DNA of 61,193 bases, filler included, from Sphacelaria rigidula (Eukaryota), in the NCBI GenBank assembly GCA_964200075.2. It is 4 parts of 4 records of this genome, joined end to end, with 100 filler letters (N's around TTAATTAATTAA, not from the genome) between each part and the next. Parts side by side here need not be neighbours in the genome. Positions count along the whole stretch, not along the records: positions 45,972 to 61,193 come from CAXNAA020001855.1; 3 more parts are not named here. One strand, given 5' to 3'. Below, piece by piece: positions 49,401 through 61,193 of the stretch. Numbering within the stretch: the first letter of the stretch is position 1; each line of letters opens with the position of its first letter. The translations under genes were made by a program, and so were the position numbers. Below the pieces are notes generated by a model. The model saw only the letters and a list, made by a program, of their open reading frames with translations. It was not told where the DNA came from and searched no databases.

Positions 49401-52400
49401 ACGGCTGGGTATGTCTTGTGCATAATCAAAAGTTAACATGCGACAATCAACCGATCAGTCTATATGCGGGGATTCGATCCCCCACCGCGATACCCAAGAT
49501 ATGTCATTTGCCACCTCGGCCGGTTCTGAGACGTAACCGTTACAATAGGTCCATCGCGGCGTGACATCATCATTCAATGTGTATCCGAACGATTCACCCA
49601 TCAAAACTGTACCGAAACCCAACTCCTACATATCTTCGAAATATGAAAACAAGGGCATGCTTTTTTTTTGTTCCCTCAAATCGTGACTCCGGCTGACACG
49701 CCCACATATGCCGAAAGGTGCATACTGGCGTCTAGAATAGATGGGATGACAAACACACCATGTCAACTGTCAACCATTCTCCATTCCTCAGGACGAATAC
49801 GCTAAGCGTTCAGAAGGGGTCATCCCATCTCGGCGCAAAGACAAAGGATCAGCACTTCCGCACCTGCTGAAAAACCCTCATCAAATGAGCTAACTTTACT
49901 CGCCACTCACTTTTCCAGCGCCTTCAACAACATCTCATTCATCAACCTCAGGAAAAGTACCGGACTGCATCTTTCGGGGATCAGACCTGCAGTCTTACTT
50001 ACAACGACATAATAGCTGCAGTTCAGACATCACACCACCGGGGCGCTGCGGTAAGTTACGTCCGGTTAATGTGGAAGCCGCGTATATCCAAACCCTGGAT
50101 ATTGACAAAATATGCATACTGTACGCAGTATACTTTTTTCAACATCGTAACACACTGCCATTATCTAGGATGTGCGTTTATCCCGGGAGGTTTGTTCTCT
50201 GAGGAGCGCTCCTGTCAGACCGTCGGATGACACCACACAGTATTTCGTTTATTCAGGACTGGCTTCGATGGGGCATCCATATCCCCGTCGATCTTTTGCC
50301 GCATTTCTCTCAGCACATGGAGCCGACTCTGTGAGCAAACCAATATACGACCTCGTAAACTACCGCAATGATACTCATATGTCGTACTTTATTCCACAGG
50401 GGTTTTGCCCCGCCATCCTACAGAATGAAATGGCTCACAAGATAACGTGCTTACCTTTTCTGTCCAGTCTGTCTCCCAGTCGGCGTAGACGGCACCTGCT
50501 GCGGTACCGGACACGTGCGTCCCGTGGCCGCTATCATCGACATCATCCACAAAAGCAATATACTGGATCACCTTGCGCCGATCGGGGTAGAATTCGGCAT
50601 CTTCCATAGTTGTCCTTTTTTGTGTTTGTTCCAATGCCGACAAAAAAAACGAGAGAGAGGGAGAAAAGACAAGTGGAACAAAAATAGATTGAACGGAAAA
50701 GATCAGAAACTATGAAAACATGCTGTCGAAAAAACAACTTTCAGGCCTATTGCAAACACCAAGACACGTTACCCCTCCCAGGTGGCTCGGTTGGTAACCT
50801 CGAAACCTTCCGAAGGTTCGTGGGTTGTGGGTTCGAATCTCGATGCAGTCACACGGTCTGGGACGTTTTCTCACACCATGCCCAACAGCGGAGAGCGACT
50901 ATGTCCTGGGTACACAGAGTTCGACTTCACAGCCAACAAGGGAGAAGGATAGGTGAACCTCTCTCCCGACAAAAAGTTAGGCAAACGCCGCAGAAGGAAG
51001 GTTGTCGACTAAAACAAATGAAAAAAAAAAAACCTGCAATGTTGGCCTTGCCCCTGCGTGACCCCGACTGAATCGCCCATGTATACCGAAAGGTGTAGAC
51101 TAGCGTCCAGAATAGATGGGGTGACAAAACACAACACAACACACACTTGATCTTCAACCGTGTCGCTCTTCGTGGTAGTAATGGGTTGCGAACAGCTTTG
51201 CCCACGAGGTTTTTCAAAGACTGACATTTCCTTGACAGTATTCATAAACGGGGGAACGAGAAAAGCCCAAGGAAACGAAAGGAGCGTAAAACGAAAACGA
51301 ACCCAACGGTGAAAAGGTTTTAGAGGACATCCAAACAATATCAGCAATCATGCAGTGCCTCCAGTGTTTTCTGGTCATTAAACGTACACAGCCAATAGCT
51401 GCCTGCGCACAAAAAATCATTTTCTCTTAACCCTTCAGGAACCCTACCCTCCTGTCTCCGGGCAAAACGCCTCATTATGAGAAGCCCTCACAAAGAGGAA
51501 AATATGGAAGCAGAAAAGGCCGACAGTAACCATTTTATAATGGAAGACCGAAGAAGAATCCAGTACCACATGCGGTGGGTGCAGGATACGGGAGCATGAT
51601 GAGTCGAGATTTCTGTTGATTTTTTTTTCTGGCTGATGAAGTCACACATTACCACTTTACGAAGTTGTCGTGCTACTAGTAGTTCCTGGTGCTTGGTGGT
51701 ACACGTGGAACGCTGTTGTGCACTACCGTCTCACCACTTGTTTTTTTGAGTTTCAATATATGTATATATATTATGGAAACAATATGTTACGCATCGCTTC
51801 GACTCAATATATATCGACACTTCAATACATACACAGCCGGCATGCACAATATATATTGGATGTTTTGTTCCCGGAGCAAATGCATATCCAATATATTTTG
51901 TCATGCATTAATTCACGATCATGACACGAGGAATATATATCGTTGCTTCAATGTCTCCGAGGACATCTCAACACAACATATATTGAACGGAAAAATTTGC
52001 GCTGTCTCCAATACAAGTATTGGTATCACATTGAAACATCTTGTATTATCCAGGGTATGAGCAACACAGCACCGGTCACCAGAGGGGTACCGAAAGGCGC
52101 ACATCGACCCCCGTTTTCTACGGGCGTAGTGTTTAGCAGAGATACATCACACATTGTGAAGGGGATGGGCAGCACCGCACCAGTGGCCACATAGGCATAT
52201 ATACCGGGTCGCCTATTCTGTCACCATATTTTCCTGACAATATACGTATATACCAAACTCATTGGACAACTCTCCATAGCCATGCAGGCGAACTTCTGCG
52301 GCGTCCTTTCAAGCTTTTCCCGATCTGCACGGGCTCCGTCATCCATCGCATCTGGATCCTTCTCCAAGCGTACAGAATACTGTATTTTTATCATCCAATA

Positions 52401-55400
52401 TATACTGACCAGCCAGTGTATTGGCACCCACCCGGCCCCAGTGAATATTGACCGGTCAATATGTCGTCGCCCACACTGCCCCAATATATTTGATGGGGTA
52501 ATATGTGTGCAATCCCACGGTACCAGTATATTTTGGGCAGGCAAATATATGTAGCCGCACGACACCAATATATATTGAACGCATAATAGGTGTGCAGTCC
52601 AAGCGTGCCAATATATATTACGGCGGCAACAATCGCGATATTCCGATATGATCGACTATTGTTGTCGTCCCTTTATGAACTAGTATATATATATACTGGA
52701 AACATTTTGTTTCGTCCAGGGTATGCAACATATCAGACTCTTCTTGTTTTGCATCTTGCCAAAGTGCCAAAAATAAGAATGTACCACAAAACCAAGTCAC
52801 TACAGCATTTATCACCAAAAAAAGGCAAGTATGAAGTGTTTTCCCTGGATCATGTCACTTTTTTCAAGCTTTCACGTTGACCGTTTCAGTGACAAAAAAA
52901 GAGGCGACTACGTAGCCTTTGGTCGTGAGAATAGATGGGAGAGCGTTCTCATAAATTTATTTTGTTGAATTAACCCTTTTGGGACCGGACCCCCACTAAC
53001 ACAGGGTTGACCTTGTGTTAGTGAAATAATTAAAAATAAGTCTTCGAGCGACCTGCCCAAACACGGCGAGGCGAAAATTATCGACCAGACCCGAACGACC
53101 AGCGCAGGGATTGTTGTCGAGTGTGGTGCCACTGCAAATATCGTGTGGAGGCTCTATCCCTGGCCCAGATAAGCCTCTCCAGGTTTCCACGTGCAGGATG
53201 GTCGCGGCTTGGTTTTGTGGTATTACTTGCACTCAGTATACCGTTCCCGAGTTTTTCCGGAGTGTTTTTTGGGTTTCAATTCTATATTAAAACGTAGTAA
53301 TTTACACCAACACAGGGTGGGCCGGAAAAACCGGGAAGGAGTGTACATGCCACCATGTGGTCATTTTCACGAGGCACAAAACCCAGGTGGGCTGTGGGAA
53401 GACAAAATGAGCTAACGTCATGAATTCTGCGTATCCCTCTGCGGATGACTTGCAGTGTGCAGTCCACATGTATGTTGTGGACGGGGATGACAGAGCTGTA
53501 CATAGGCAGCTGATTTCGGTAGCTGAGAATCGCCCAGAACGTGCAAGGGAGTATGCAGCGGCAGCTGCTGCTTTAGTTGGAGAGGCGTACTAGACTGTAC
53601 TGTTGTACTATACCATTGTATGCATGCGCGCCGCGACGCTAATACCGTTCGAGAAGAATTTGCCGCATGCAACAAGGTAGGAAATGGCGGCCCACCCCTT
53701 GTCACAAAGGGCTGTGTGGCAAGGTGATGGGAACAAAAGTATCATCAAAAGCCACAAGGAGCGGGCGGCCCGCCGGTCGTCGCATCCTGTTGGAAGCTCT
53801 TCACCACGACCCATACTGCTTCTTACGTTAGATGTACACCAACTAATGCGCACCCTGCACCTGAAAATAGATGAGAACTTCCGGTCTTTGTCATGGTTAC
53901 ATACGCGGATTTTCAGCAACACGCCACTGTTTCGTACAGACGCCACACACGTCTTTTCTGACCAGCCTCATTGGTCGTTCTGGAGGTCCGGTCTCAAAAG
54001 GGTCAACACTAACCACAACCACAACCACAACCACAACCCCGACCCTGGCCAAGGCATACGAGAACTCTCGTGCAAGGGGGGTGCAAAGGTTGCCCGAGGC
54101 AATGTGTATTTGGGCAGACCTCAAATCATGGCCGCAGGCGCCGATTCGGACGAAAACACGTTCTGGGCAAGCTAGAATGAACTTCGGGATGTCAGCCACT
54201 CTAAAACCAAGTAATCACCCAGTTTTAGGACCAATACGTCAGCTACTGGACAAAACGGGAGAGCCAAATTCACCATGCATTGTAGACACACGAAAGCAAG
54301 CACAGATTTGGACGCTGACTCACCTTGGCACGACGTCTTCTTCGTCATTATCGCGGAAGAAACAAGAACTGTCATCTGCGAAACAAACAAACAATACAGA
54401 ACAAAAAAAGAATTAACAGCAAAGCATGTAAAACGTAAGAACCGGAAGGGTCACCTTCAAACAGGAGCGCTCTTTTCAAGGCCACCCCAATGGCTTCGAT
54501 CGATAAAATACTCTCATAAGGACGGGGCGAGGGGGGGTGAGGAAGGTGTCATCTGTACACGAAAGGGGGAATAATACACCGTAATCACGTCAAAGTGCAA
54601 TGCTCGCAGGAATTGGATAGCACGAAGATAACCACGCTCCACGTAAAAGGGTCTGATCGTTCATCCGGACCGCAGCCATACCAACCAGTGCAACACGAAC
54701 CTTTGCCGGGCAATACATCACTATTCCTAATGAATTTGTATTGCTGCTGCTGCCGCCGCTGCTCGAAGCAAAGAAAAAATTGAGCTGGTGTTGGCAAAAC
54801 TGGAATCAGAACAGCTACATTTACTTTCCTTTAGGAACACTTACATTTTTTCAGACGCATATATATTTTCTTCAGATACGTGTACGTTTTTATAGATACA
54901 TGTGCTTTCCTTCAAATACATCCACCTCCTTTCAGACACATATACTTTCGTTCATATCATATTTCAATTCTTCAGTTACACAGTGGGGGGTCCCAGCATA
55001 GCGCGGTAGACCGCCGGCCAGCCAACCCGCCACGACCGCACTATACTGGTGCCCCACACCATGCTGGCATCGTGCAGTCAATTGAATTATCCAGACTTGT
55101 GAGAGGTAATTTTAACCGCATAGTAGCGAGACCCTCCGGTATTTTCAACCTGAGACGGGTCAACAGTATCAAGGTGTAACCCACCTCTCTTCCGGTAGTG
55201 CACATGCCTCTGAATATTTAGTACTATCGCGGATTGGATTGAAACGTAACTCACCCACTGCGTCGGCGCCGACTCTCATCAAGAATAGATAAATAAAAAC
55301 GTGTCTGCCTCAGGTACGTCCTCACGTTTTCAAGTCGCTCCAACTTTCTGCTGTGTCATTTCGTCAAAATTTGAGCGTCTAACTTCTCGAATTGAGCACT

Positions 55401-58400
55401 GCCTACCCCTTAAACCGAGAAATATTGATATCAGTGCGCTTTTGCCTGCGGGTATCGGGTGCTCGTGTGCCTGTGCGGCGCAATTGTTTATCGTAATTCC
55501 ACCGCATTTTGTGGAACGAAACGTCTCCAGACACGCTATCACGCCACCATATGATACGTGCCCGGCACTCAATGCAGTAAAATAACGTCATCGCCGAAAC
55601 TGTGCCAATCGACCAGCGGCGGAGCCGTGCGTTACTAGGTTGGTCAGCAGTTCACAGCGATATGCTCAAGTCGGGCTGATTTGGGGAACTTGAGAAATTG
55701 TGGTGTGATATGCGCCTGTACGATTTACGGTTGGTCCAGCTTGTACTCGCGCGTAGTGCAGAGAAATGCGGCTCTCCCGCGATTGGAATATCTTCACCCT
55801 CCTATTGCCTACAGTTTAATAGCTTGATTGTAGATGCACCGACATCACCACCGAAGCTTCGCAGCTAACTACAGCACAACACGCCACAAAGTGAACGTGA
55901 AGAAATTAACGGTGAACTATTTATAGCTGACCATACTGAAATAACGAGACCTCACCGAGGCCAGTGTCCGTCACACCGATTACTTCGCCAGATCCATCCA
56001 GTCCCTCCATGCGCATGGGAGTAGCTGACGTCGAGGATCCGCCTTCCATGTAGGCCGTCAGGTAACGGTTATTCAACACTGCTTTCGCCTCGGGGTGCAT
56101 GTGCATCACGTCCGGCTGCATGTTCGTTTGCATTCCGCGTATTTATTTTTCCAGTCCCCACCGGCCAACAGACCGACAGACAGACAAAAGAAGCAAGGAT
56201 GTTAATCAAGCAACATGCTACAGATAGGCTTTTACTTATTATGCTAGTACGGTTTTACTCAATAGCGATCCCACATTATTTCCAAGATAAACGAATTTAA
56301 AAAAAACAGTGCTAGCATAATAAGTAAAAGCCTAGGTATAGATTTTAATCTCAGAGCCCTGCTACTGTGTAATAATCGACATCTTCGGATCTGTTTCTCA
56401 TACTTTTCTACACCTTGGACAATGTATACCACGTGAAGTACAGGCCTATTGCGACTATGACGCCACTATTGACCATACATTGTCCAAGGCGTGCACCATT
56501 TTTGACCTCATTTGGACCCACAATACAAGGGCGCCACTTCAAGCATCTCATCAGAAAGCAAGCCAACCATGGCAGGGAGCTGGGAGGGTGGGCGTATGCA
56601 TGCGTATACCACATAGGCATGGTGATAGCGACGGCTTGCTACATAAAGTGAAGAGAGTACTGACTCGAGTTCACCTGGGCAGATAGAAACCCCACGAGCC
56701 CCATGAAACACGCCGCAGCCGTCTCCTCGTCATGGCTGGTGTCGTGGATGCCCCTGTCAGGGTTAGGCGGGAACACACGATTCACGCGGACAGGCGGTGA
56801 CAGTCAGTGCTCGATGTGATCCCCCTCCACAAACGATTGTGCTGCCTGTCGGCACCGTGCTTGCTGTCTGTACAGAGTCCGAGTAAAATAAACTGGCAAA
56901 CTGACCCCTGATTCACTCGCCCGTGTAAACCCGACGCTTTTCTCGACCTCATCATACAAACTCTTGACTGTCCCACCACTTTTTTGTCCATCGCTTTCCC
57001 CTGGCCGCATCCACGACGATCAGACAAGATTTTTTTTCCCCGATACTCTACCGCCACTTTATACACATCCTCACTGAGTGGGGGGACTAGTGCTTCATGC
57101 TCCTCTCCTTCCTGTGAAAAGGTGATTCCTTGCAAAAACACTTGTAGGAATTTGTCCCCTTTCATGTAGTGGTTTCCGCTTTCCTTTCCTTTCATCTTTC
57201 CCCCTCCTCGAAGTTCCCTGTCAGCCTGCGTACTTCGTACATTTACCCCTGGTGTGTCCATGTCAGGACCACGGTTGGATTTCGCAGTGAATTAGCTGAT
57301 GACGCGACGATTGATCAATCGATCGAATCAAAACCGACTTGAATCAGTACGCGCGTGCTCACGACAAGTAACAAGGCACCGGAAATCGGCTCAAAACGTA
57401 AGGTAAGTGTACTCACCAAGCTACGCTCGATGCGCTGCTCAATGCTCGCGGCACTGTGTACGCCACTACGTTTACCCTCCCCTCTGGTCGGTTAGGGGCC
57501 ATTATCCAACTTTGCATCTTCCGTGCGTTCTTTCTTGTTTTATTCCGGTTATGCCGCTTCTCCAATGCACCAATAAATATCCTTTTCCGAGATATATATC
57601 CTCATTGGATCTCAACAAGTTTGATCGATTGATTTTCGCACCTTGAACCATTTTGGAACTCAATTGACGATTCTTGTTCTTGTGAATCGGCATCATTTTC
57701 ACTCATTTTCAAGTCAAAATGATGCCGATTCACCAAAACAAATATCGTCAACGGATCCCTTACGGGTTACCTGATCCCTCAGGTATCCAGCCGTGGTCAC
57801 ACGATAGACGGACCCGAGATACAAACAAAATGAAAACACTTGCTGAAGAATGCGTGAGGGCATTTATTGATGATGTGGAAAAAGACAAGGGTATACAGAA
57901 AAATAATTGAGAGCAAAATTTTCAACCTCCCTGCCATTATTGAACAACGTACCGTCACGAGGTATGATACATATATCTCATAGAGGAAAAAAAACATGGG
58001 TGAAACTCAACACGGTCACACACACACACATACACACCTGAGGTACAGCACATCATCGTACGCGTGCACGAACTTCACATTATCAAGTCCGCACGGCCCG
58101 AACAGACCCGCTGATTCCACATCGCCACCATCAACTGCCTCCATCTTCTTGCTAAGATGCTCAAACGCAGCCCGGTGGCCCCTGACCTTCTCGCCGTGAA
58201 ACCAGTTCGCAAGATCACGCGTGTCGTTTTCCAAACCTTCCGCCCCAGCCAAACGCCTTCCCTCCCTGCCACCGCCACCGACACTTCGCTTGGAGCTGGT
58301 CCACGGATGGTGCCGATCGGCGAATTCCCGGGCGCCGTCGCTCCCGCGAGCTGACGCCCAAACACCCTTCCACCGCTTCTCAAGAGAAGCGACATTGCTC

Positions 58401-60709
58401 GGACCGCTCGAACCCTCCGCGACGGAAGCAGCAGGGTCCGCCGACGATTTCTTCACGCCGGCGGAGAACGTTCCGGGCGACATGCTCACCACGAGTCCAC
58501 GTTTAGGGCCGTCCTGCAAGCTCTCCCCTAGCTTCAACCCGAAAAAGGACGACTGCATACCGTCGTCAACCTCATCGGCAGAGAGGATCGGAGTCGGAGA
58601 CAGCAGAGACAAGGGTTCCTTGCAAGCGTGTGTCAGGGGAGAGCACCGCGCTGTCTCGTGAATTAGGGTGGCCGCGGAAGCCGCCATCGAGGGTGACAGG
58701 TGCGCGATGGCGCAATAGCCCTCCGCGTGATTTAGTGCCGTGCGGACTCGTGGCGCCGCCGAGCGGACACCGTCGGCCACGTCCGACCCCGCTGGCACAG
58801 TTCTCATAGCATCCGCCAGGGAAGACTTGATGGCCGGGCCATGTCGGTAGTCACCGCAGCAAAGGTGCGAGCGAGAAACGTCGGGCGACTCAGCAAAGTT
58901 CAGGTCGTGCTCCTCCTCGAGATGGGCACCGAGGAGATCCAAGTTGTCCCGATAGTAAACCGGCAGCGAAGTCATGGCCCTTGCGAAGACGCTTGATGGT
59001 ACCCCGCCGTCGACCGGGACTGTGCGCGTCCAGTCTGGTGTGCGCGCGGGGGGGCCAGGACGGGGTGACGGGGTGACGGGGTGACGGGGGGCGACACATA
59101 TATATACACACATGTACATGTGTATGTTCGACATGATAACACGAAGTGATTCAGTGCACAACGTTTTGGCATTTCCTCCACGGATACAAAATCTTCTCCC
59201 GCACAAGTCATACTCTACCGTGACTTACTGGCCCCTCCTCCACGAGACTGTGATTTGGATCATGACCCTAGTTCTTTCAACTACTCTCGTACCTTACCCT
59301 CACGCTGTGAACAGGGCGAAGGTAGGGAGGGGGGTGAGGGTAGCAAGAGGGCGAACAACGTGGTGGCATTTCAACGATGACCCGCGGGCAATTGCGGGCG
59401 AAAAACTGTTGCCAAGCTTTCACCTCAGACTGCGGAGGTGGGGTCCCAAAAGGCATAGGTGACCCCTGCCCTCCCCGTCTTGCACAGCTCAAAACATGCC
59501 ACACACAGCGACGACGAGTAGGCTCAGCTCCCTTACATAACATATCCACACAATTACTGAAGCAGCACACCAAGTCTTGGGGGCTTCTCCTAGTGGTAAC
59601 GGGAGGTCAAGTTTCACATCACTTGCTTCCTCATCGGATTTTTTCAAGGGTGGGTGAACTGTACGCGCACCCCAGGCAAAGGGAATATCGCAAATACTGC
59701 ACACATACTTTCAACGCTGTGCTCTGGAAGGGTGTTCAGTAAGGTACGGGTACGTTATGTAGGGTATGAGATTCCTTACAGATCTTGCAGAAATATCGGG
59801 GACCGGTATGAAAGTTTCAAAGAAACTATAGAACTTGTCAGGTACAGTATGGTAGGCTTACAGAAAACCGGTACCCGCAATCGGGTAACTCTTTTAGGGC
59901 ATACCCGCCCCTCGGGTAAGGGTAAAGTTTTTGTACAGAACTCACTGAACTATCGGGTGAGGGTATGGGAGGCTTACAGAACTCACAGAAACCGTCGGGT
60001 AGGGTATGGAGGTTGCACAGAAAGCCTTACACGCAATCGGGGGTCTTATCGAGAGCGTACCCGAGCCCCTCGGCAACGGTACGGGAGGTTTACAGAACTC
60101 ACGGAACTATCGGGTGCGGGTATGAAGGTCTTACAGAGATTACAGAACTGTCGAGTACCGATATGGAAATCTTACAGATTACCGGGTGCGGTGAGTACCC
60201 GGCAAAATGCTCCGGGTATACAGAAAGCCGTATCCCTACTAAACACGACATTCGTATATTCTAGTATCACCCCTGTGATGGGACCTACGTCACTACAACA
60301 ATACACATGACAGTTCACGAAAACTCTGAACGGCTTCACGGGGTTGATAGAGAAAGACTACACGAACAATCGCAGCAAACATGTCCGTGGGATCGTCAAC
60401 ATCTATCGGCTTCACGCACACTTTCAGAGAGTACATGAAAAAGCATTCACAGCTGCCCGCTCTCTGGAACCCCTTCGACACGCGACAAAATCGCCGACGG
60501 CCTTGACGACTTTCGGTGGCAGCTCGCTCTGTGCTGTACATATCGAGAAGGGCCTGGTCGGCGGGGTTTGATGACCACGAAACGACCACCAACGTCGGTG
60601 ACGTGCCTCTTGCTACTTGATCCCCTGGTGGCGCAGACGAACCGCCCCCGCTCGAGCCATCACTCGAGGCTGGGGGTGATCCATCCTGAAGGTCTGCAGT
60701 GCCGCTCAT
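46453..60709 (-). CDS. Subtilisin-like serine protease (peptidase S8, Kp43/TagC-like), 3'-truncated; catalytic Ser exon not on this scaffold
   Basis: Phase-consistent exons 59034-58038, 56753-56675, 56115-55956 (GLDGSGEVIGVTDTGL/D, catalytic Asp), 54375-54324 (DSSCFFRD), 50614-50455 (RKVIQYIAF..GHGTHVSGTAAG, catalytic His), 47667-47533 and 46640-46453 (GMATGAKLSFLDVG). Upstream exons near 60709 are tentative. Confidence 0.85.
47265..47395 (-). mobile_element. Family A SINE, head fragment
   Basis: CCGAGATTCGAACCCACG..GAAGGTTTCGAGGTCACCAACCGAGCCACCGGG is the reverse complement of the tRNA-like head. Confidence 0.7.
47995..48590. repeat. Two copies of a palindromic element centred on CTATTGTCGGCTGAYAATAG (48001-48090 and 48470-48590)
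   Basis: GTGTGGGCCT..CAACTATTGTCGGCTGATAATAGTTG..AGGCCCACAC and GTGTAGGCCTATTGTCGGCTGACAATAGGCGCAATAGGCCTAC; half-copy near 56435. Confidence 0.65.
49670..49760 (+). mobile_element. Family A SINE, 3' fragment
   Basis: GTGACTCCGGCTGACACGCCCACATATGCCGAAAGGTGCATACTGGCGTCTAGAATAGATGGGATGACAAACACAC matches the family 3' end. Confidence 0.7.
50776..51146 (+). mobile_element. tRNA-derived SINE, full-length copy (family A)
   Basis: GGTGGCTCGGTTGG ... GGGTTCGAATCTC head, shared body and ACACAACACAC tail. Confidence 0.85.
51754..52700. repeat. Degenerate 42-43-bp tandem arrays with palindromic core CAATATATATTG
   Basis: Cores at 51805, 51847, 51889, 51931 and 51974, and at 52396, 52439, 52482, 52524, 52566 and 52609. 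Confidence 0.75.
52974..54002. mobile_element. Non-autonomous piggyBac-like DNA transposon (1029 bp)
   Basis: TTAA|CCCTTTTGGGACCGGACC ... GGTCCGGTCTCAAAAGGG|TCAA: 17/18-bp terminal inverted repeats with CCC/GGG termini and TTAA/TCAA flanks; no transposase ORF recognised. Confidence 0.75.
56225..56334. mobile_element. 110-bp MITE/hairpin with a perfect 23-bp inverted repeat
   Basis: TAGGCTTTTACTTATTATGCTAG (56225-56247) and CTAGCATAATAAGTAAAAGCCTA (56312-56334). Confidence 0.8.
57664..57751. repeat. ~90-bp palindromic hairpin element (family E); further copies at 12317-12412 and 22108-22204
   Basis: Shared arms TTGTGAATCGGCATCATTTT / AAAATGATGCCGATTCACAA on three different scaffolds. Confidence 0.8.
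59738..60242. mobile_element. Repeat element built of ~40-bp units (GGGTATGGAGG.TTACAGAACTCACAGAACT.TCGGGTA); related pieces at 1-56 and ~60900-61128
   Basis: Multiple degenerate tandem units; begins GTAAGGTACG and ends GTATCCCTAC, and the fragment at 1-56 ends GTACCTTAC. Suggests a TIR element with subterminal repeats (inferred). Confidence 0.6.
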
Positions 60710-61193
60710 GTTTGTTGTTTCTACTCATCTGTACCTCGTATCCCAGTAAATTCCAAACCAAAGATCTTTCCATTATTGAAATATTGTTGATGTGCAGTTT
60801 TCAATGAAGGAGTTGGGTGCGTTGATCAATGGGAGGTACATATTCAGGTTATGAAGTTGTGTTTGGATTGAACCTATATCTGTACCTCCCCGAGATATAT
60901 ACCTGCGCTCATACCTGTAATCGGGTATATCTATAACGGTATAGCCTAACCTCGGGTAGGGGCATGGGAGGCTTACAGAGCTCACAGAACTGCCGGGTAC
61001 GGTATGGAAGGCTTACAGAAAAACCGTACCGATGATGGGGTATTTCTTCAAGAGCATACCCGCGCTCCGGGTACGAGTAAACATTCTGTACCAAACTCAA
61101 AGAACTGTCGGGTAGGGTATGGAGGTTGTATCGTAGTCAGCGTCAGAAGTTTTCAGAATTCGTAGTCGTCCTTTTTTCTGAGTTTTTCTGGAG

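Noticed and set aside
51754..52700. CRISPR array
   Set aside because: The core is only 12 nt and variable, spacers are mutually related, the context is a eukaryotic intron, and no cas genes are present.
56782..57261. 159-aa minus-strand ORF as a nested gene
   Set aside because: It lies inside a subtilase intron with no recognisable domain; possibly a decayed retroelement fragment, but unsupported.
1..61193. Functional gene cluster of ZEP, kinase, subtilase and enkurin
   Set aside because: The genes lie on separate scaffolds joined artificially.

Overview
This is intron-rich eukaryotic DNA, most consistent with a brown alga (Phaeophyceae); the taxon is inferred from gene content and intron style, not proven. 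The window is not one locus. It is four size-sorted scaffolds (15225, 15224, 15222 and 15222 bp) joined by an artificial 100-nt linker (44 N + TTAATTAATTAA + 44 N). Scaffold 1 carries convergent NECAP-like (+) and enkurin (-) genes. Scaffold 2 carries the 3' part of a zeaxanthin epoxidase (-). Scaffold 3 carries a large EF-hand/SAM/kinase/TPR/pseudokinase gene (-) with two in-frame TGA codons in otherwise well-formed predicted exons. Scaffold 4 carries the 5' part of a Kp43/TagC-type S8 subtilase (-) with a Cys-rich insert. Introns are crowded with repeats: a tRNA-derived SINE family (about 9 copies, one nested in another), LINE 3' ends, many MITEs and hairpins, a piggyBac-like element and a phased 42-bp array with a palindromic core. 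I found no convincing new multi-gene system; the best candidates for novelty are the tandem-kinase/TPR gene and the repeat architectures. All exon models were read by eye and need RNA-seq confirmation.
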